Origin: Eledone cirrhosa
Taxonomy: Eukaryota
Direction: 5' to 3'
Length of the DNA: 64,000 nucleotides
Assembly: GCA_964016885.1 (NCBI GenBank)
Contig: OZ024742.1
Coordinates: forward strand, 309,876,001 to 309,940,000
Under the pieces are notes generated by a model, which had not been told where the DNA came from, made no database searches, and worked only from the letters and a program-made list of their open reading frames with translations. This document shows, piece by piece, positions 60,332-64,000 of this stretch; positions within the stretch are counted from its first letter, which is position 1, and the number at the start of each line of letters is the position of its first letter. A program made the translations under genes and the position numbers.

Positions 60332-62387
60332 AACGAAGTAAATGTGGTAAGGAACCAGATGGACCATAACGCACCAAAGTATTCAATACTTAGGGTAGTA
60401 GAGTGGGTAATAGGAACATGTATGACCCCGACGGCAGAGCTCAAGCCGTTTCGACGGCTAATTCTGGACTAAATAAGAGTTTTTAGCCTGGTAAATAATA
60501 AATAGCCGAACTTCTCAGGGGGTAATTCCTTATATGGGAAGATAGTAATTGTCAAAAGGATTGGTCAAAAATTTGTTGTAAAGACAGATGATTCTATCAT
60601 GGCATTTGGTGGGAGGTAGGCGTAGCTGAACTTTCCGGTAGAACAAAGGAGTGGGGGAAACCCAGTCAAGCGTTGAAAGTGAAATCTATACAGCAGATTC
60701 TAAGGACAGTGGATAGAAGGTCGAAAAAAGTGTACTGGAGAAGGGGGGGGGGGGAGCTGAAAGGCTCATCGAAAAACACTTCCCACTACAACACCGCTAC
60801 CACAACATAATCAACAAAAACACCATCAAACTCTCCCACAGCACCACACCTAACTTCGCACAAAACATCGTCTCCTCTAACAACAAAAAACTCAACCCTT
60901 ACGGAAGAAATTACCTAGACAGCAGTGGAGAGCCTACCAGGTGTAACTGTCCTGATAGATCCCTTTTCCCCCTCAACAACAGATGCCGAGATCGTAATGT
61001 GATCTACCAGTGCAACGTGAGGACGGACTCCTCCAACAAAGCTTACCTACACCGGAATACCTTCCGAAACCCGGCCCGGCGTCATGCCACTACACTTTCG
61101 GGCCACATCTGAGACCTCAAAGATAATAATATAACTTACAATCTCACTTGGAGCTTACTGTCCAGAGCTAACTCTTACACGGGAGGAGCCGTCCGTGTAA
61201 CTTATGCTCCGAGGAAACATTAGAAATGTTGTTTGCGAAGGACCAACTCCTAAATAAGAAAGACGAACTGGTAACTGCATGCAAACACAGATTGCGTAGG
61301 ACTTACCTCTCCCTCAAACCTCATAATGACTCAGAGGGAGGGGGGGGGGGGGGGGGGGTAAACAAGGGCTAAAAAAACCCACTTGCAGATTTTGTAAGGG
61401 GTAACCTTACCTTTTCCTCTATATTTCCTTCTTCCCCCATCTCTTCCTAGTCCTTCCACCCCAGATCTCTTTCCTTGTCTTTTTTTTTCACCGTTTCGCC
61501 TACCCCGATGCAGCCCATCGGTCCTATGTAGCCTCAGTACCCCACCCCCCTAATTTTAAGATAGAATTGGCCGATGACGCTTTTTATAGCAGATGTGTTA
61601 GACCCCAGTAAATTGTTTTCTTTCTGGTTGCTGCTCCATTTCTGTGATCTCTAAATTTCTCAGTGGTATTTTTGTATTAGCATTCTTGTATTAGTACTTC
61701 TTTATTAGTATTCTGAATTAATATATCGTATTAGTATTTTTGTAGTAGTATTTTAGTATTTTTGATCTCAACTTATTATCCTGTCTTTGTATGATAGCAT
61801 TGGCTGATTACTAACTAACTATAGCAGAGGTGTTAGACCCCTGTAAAGCCGGCTTTATAAAATTCTTTCACGTATTTAGTATTTTTCTCCACCTATTAAA
61901 CTTTTCTATAGCTTAGCAATACCAATGAGAGATTTGGTGATTGTGGAGATGGAGTAGTTACCAGAAATTGTTTTTTATATATTTATTTCCTTATTTTTAT
62001 AATGTTTTTTTTGTTTACTCCCTTTCGATTTACCTATTCTTTCAACTTCCCCCCTCTCCTTCTCCAGTACACTTTTTTTGACCTTCTATACACTATCCTT
62101 AGAATCTGCTGTATAGATTTCACTTTCAATGCTTGACTGGGTTTCCCCCACTCCCTCTTTGTTCTACCGACAAGTTCAGCTACGCCTACCTCCCACCAAA
62201 TGTCATGATAGAATAATCTGTCTTTACAACAAATTTTTGACCAATCCTTTTGACAATTACTATCTTCCCATATAAGGAATTACCCCCTGAGAAGTTCGGC
62301 TATTTATTTACCAGGCTAAAAACTCTTATTTAGTCCAGAATTAGCCGTCGAAACGGCTTGAGCTCTGCCGTCGGGGTCATACTTGTT

Positions 62388-62391
<4 letters not shown>
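60332..62391 (+). mobile_element. 5'-truncated PLE (family B) with inverted pLTRs in (TA)n
   Basis: GIY-YIG remnant at 60994-61325 (NVIYQC..TTLSGHI.DLKDNNITYNLTWS..CNLCSEE..CKHR); 60411-60748 is inverted relative to about 62047-62391. Confidence 0.82.
62282..62377 (+). ncRNA. pLTR hammerhead with variant core CUGAGAA (inverted copy at 60425-60523, minus strand)
   Basis: Stem I ACCCC/GGGGT, stem II CGGCTA/TAGCCG around a ~40-nt loop, GAAA-CGGC..GCCG-TC. Confidence 0.65.
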
Positions 62392-62445
<54 letters not shown>

Positions 62446-62519
62446 TTTATTAAAATAACAGTCTTCAAATTTATTATTATTACTATATATATATAATATA
62501 TATATATATTTATAATATA

Positions 62520-63180
62520 TTATGAAGAGAGAAGAAACATTTAGATATAATTAGTAATAAGATGTATCATACCTAAACTGCTTCTAGATTCCTCGACTAC
62601 GTAGTTTCGTGGCATAAACAAAAACAATACATCATAAAGATATAGAGCCTTTGCGAGGTCTGCCAACTTATCAAGAGGATACCTCGTTTCACTAGCCTCA
62701 AGAACGCGTCTATATGATGTGAGAAAGAATCCCAAAAGGCGGAGGCGGAGACAGTCACGTGATACAACGGTCAAGAAACAGAGCTAAGCCCCTTATAACC
62801 CCGAAAAAAATACCACGGAGGCGGAGGGGGTATTTATATCGAAGCCGTAGAAGAGGTGGTTAAGGAGACGAGAAGTATGAGTAATGGCAGCTTTCCAGCA
62901 GTCACTACACTTCAAAGATTATTCGACCAGCCGGAGTTATGAACAATATATTGAGAAACCCACAGATACATGCGGACACACACATATACATGAATATATC
63001 CACATCCATCCTTGAGTTAATGGTGCCAACCTTAACCGATGTTGCTCTATGAATAACTGGGACAAACGAATCCGAATGGATTAGACTGAACCAGTATCAG
63101 AGCTAAAAGTACATTATGAAGAGAGAAGAAACATTTAGATATAATTAGTAATAAGATGTATCATACCTAAACTGCTTCTA
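62520..63180 (-). mobile_element. Non-coding retrozyme/pLTR-like element with 67-nt terminal direct repeat
   Basis: 62520-62586 equals 63114-63180; an internal hammerhead lies next to the repeat; (TA)n flanks. Confidence 0.6.
62590..62679 (-). ncRNA. Type I hammerhead with U3-A8 compensated core
   Basis: TCCTC-TTGATAA-GTTGGCA..TGCCAC-GAAA-CTACGTAG-TC-GAGGA. Confidence 0.72.
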
Positions 63181-63233
63181 TATATATATATATAATTATT
63201 TATTAAAATAACAGTCTTCAAATTTATTATTAT

Positions 63234-63279
<46 letters not shown>

Positions 63280-63384
63280 GGTGTTGGATGCTTAAAGCGT
63301 CCGTATGCGGTAGGCCGAATGAGCATTCAATGCCCTCGTAGAGCAGAGTATGATATCACAGGAAAATCTGCTTCGTAGAATCGA

Positions 63385-63479
63385 GACGTATCCGACGACC
63401 GAGTGATTTCAGAGTCAGGTGTGATCACCAAATCGATCGTGCCTCGAGCTGGTCGCCCGAGAAACAATTGTAATATGTC
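63385..63479 (+). ncRNA. Hammerhead with CCGACGA core and large stem-II insert
   Basis: Stem I GACGTAT/ATATGTC, stem II CGAGTGAT/GTCGCCCG, GAAAC-AATT-GTA. Confidence 0.62.
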
Positions 63480-63520
63480 CAATAATTTCCTTTCGTCGCA
63501 ACACTGATTCTCTTTTTTCT

Positions 63521-63563
<43 letters not shown>

Positions 63564-63683
63564 TTAATGGTAGCTATGATGCTTCCATAGGCGGTATGCC
63601 AGTTGAGCACTCTATGTTCTTACAGAGCAAAGTGTGATATAATATAAAACGAAAAATCAGTGATGCATCTGGACTCAGTTTAT

Positions 63684-63778
63684 TGTGTGTTACAATTGTT
63701 TCGCCGGCAGATAGCTCGAGACACGATCATTGTATGGATCTGTCTGATTCTAGATCTGCAGGTTCTTCGGAGAACATG
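63684..63778 (-). ncRNA. Hammerhead-like motif related to 63385-63479
   Basis: CCGAAGA-ACCTGCAGAT..ATCTGCCGGC-GAAAC-AATT-GTA; stem I is degenerate. Confidence 0.5.
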
Positions 63779-64000
63779 CAATACTTTCGGAACAAATTTT
63801 CTCACTGGGGTGTTAGCTTCAAAAAACATCTTCCTCTCTTGTCTCGCTATTGGCTGTTGTTTTTCTACGTCATCATAAATTCTGGTCAATATTTGCTGCC
63901 ATACTGGCCATCAGCTACTCTTCGTCCGACACACTTCAATGGACTCATGCTGGGTTTGGTATTTCACAAGTCCGCTCACACACACATATATACCCACACA

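Noticed and set aside
63093-63104. AGTATCAGAGC as an LTR primer-binding site
   Set aside because: It resembles the plant rather than the animal iMet PBS, lacks the initial TGG and has no adjacent LTR

Overview
Gene-poor, repeat-dominated animal genomic DNA, probably a cephalopod such as Octopus (inferred from the SINE families and the very long (TA)n tracts). No host protein-coding gene could be supported. 0.7-24.2 kb is a head-to-tail array of four near-identical full-length L1-Tx1-like non-LTR retrotransposons plus two identical 3' stubs of a sister family. Every junction in this array falls in a (TATC)n microsatellite, and ORF2 has no AUG upstream of its first endonuclease motif. 24.3-32.1 kb is a decayed autonomous Helitron on the minus strand, fused head-to-tail to a short Helitron, with two histone-type 3' stem-loops downstream of its RepHel stop codon. 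33-64 kb holds SINE clusters, mariner and RTE relics, and many Penelope-like (PLE) insertions in (TA)n tracts. These PLE insertions share an asymmetric fold-back structure and carry about ten hammerhead-ribozyme motifs, several with long stem-II inserts or variant cores. All RNA structures were folded by eye and all family assignments come from motif recognition; no database search was run.
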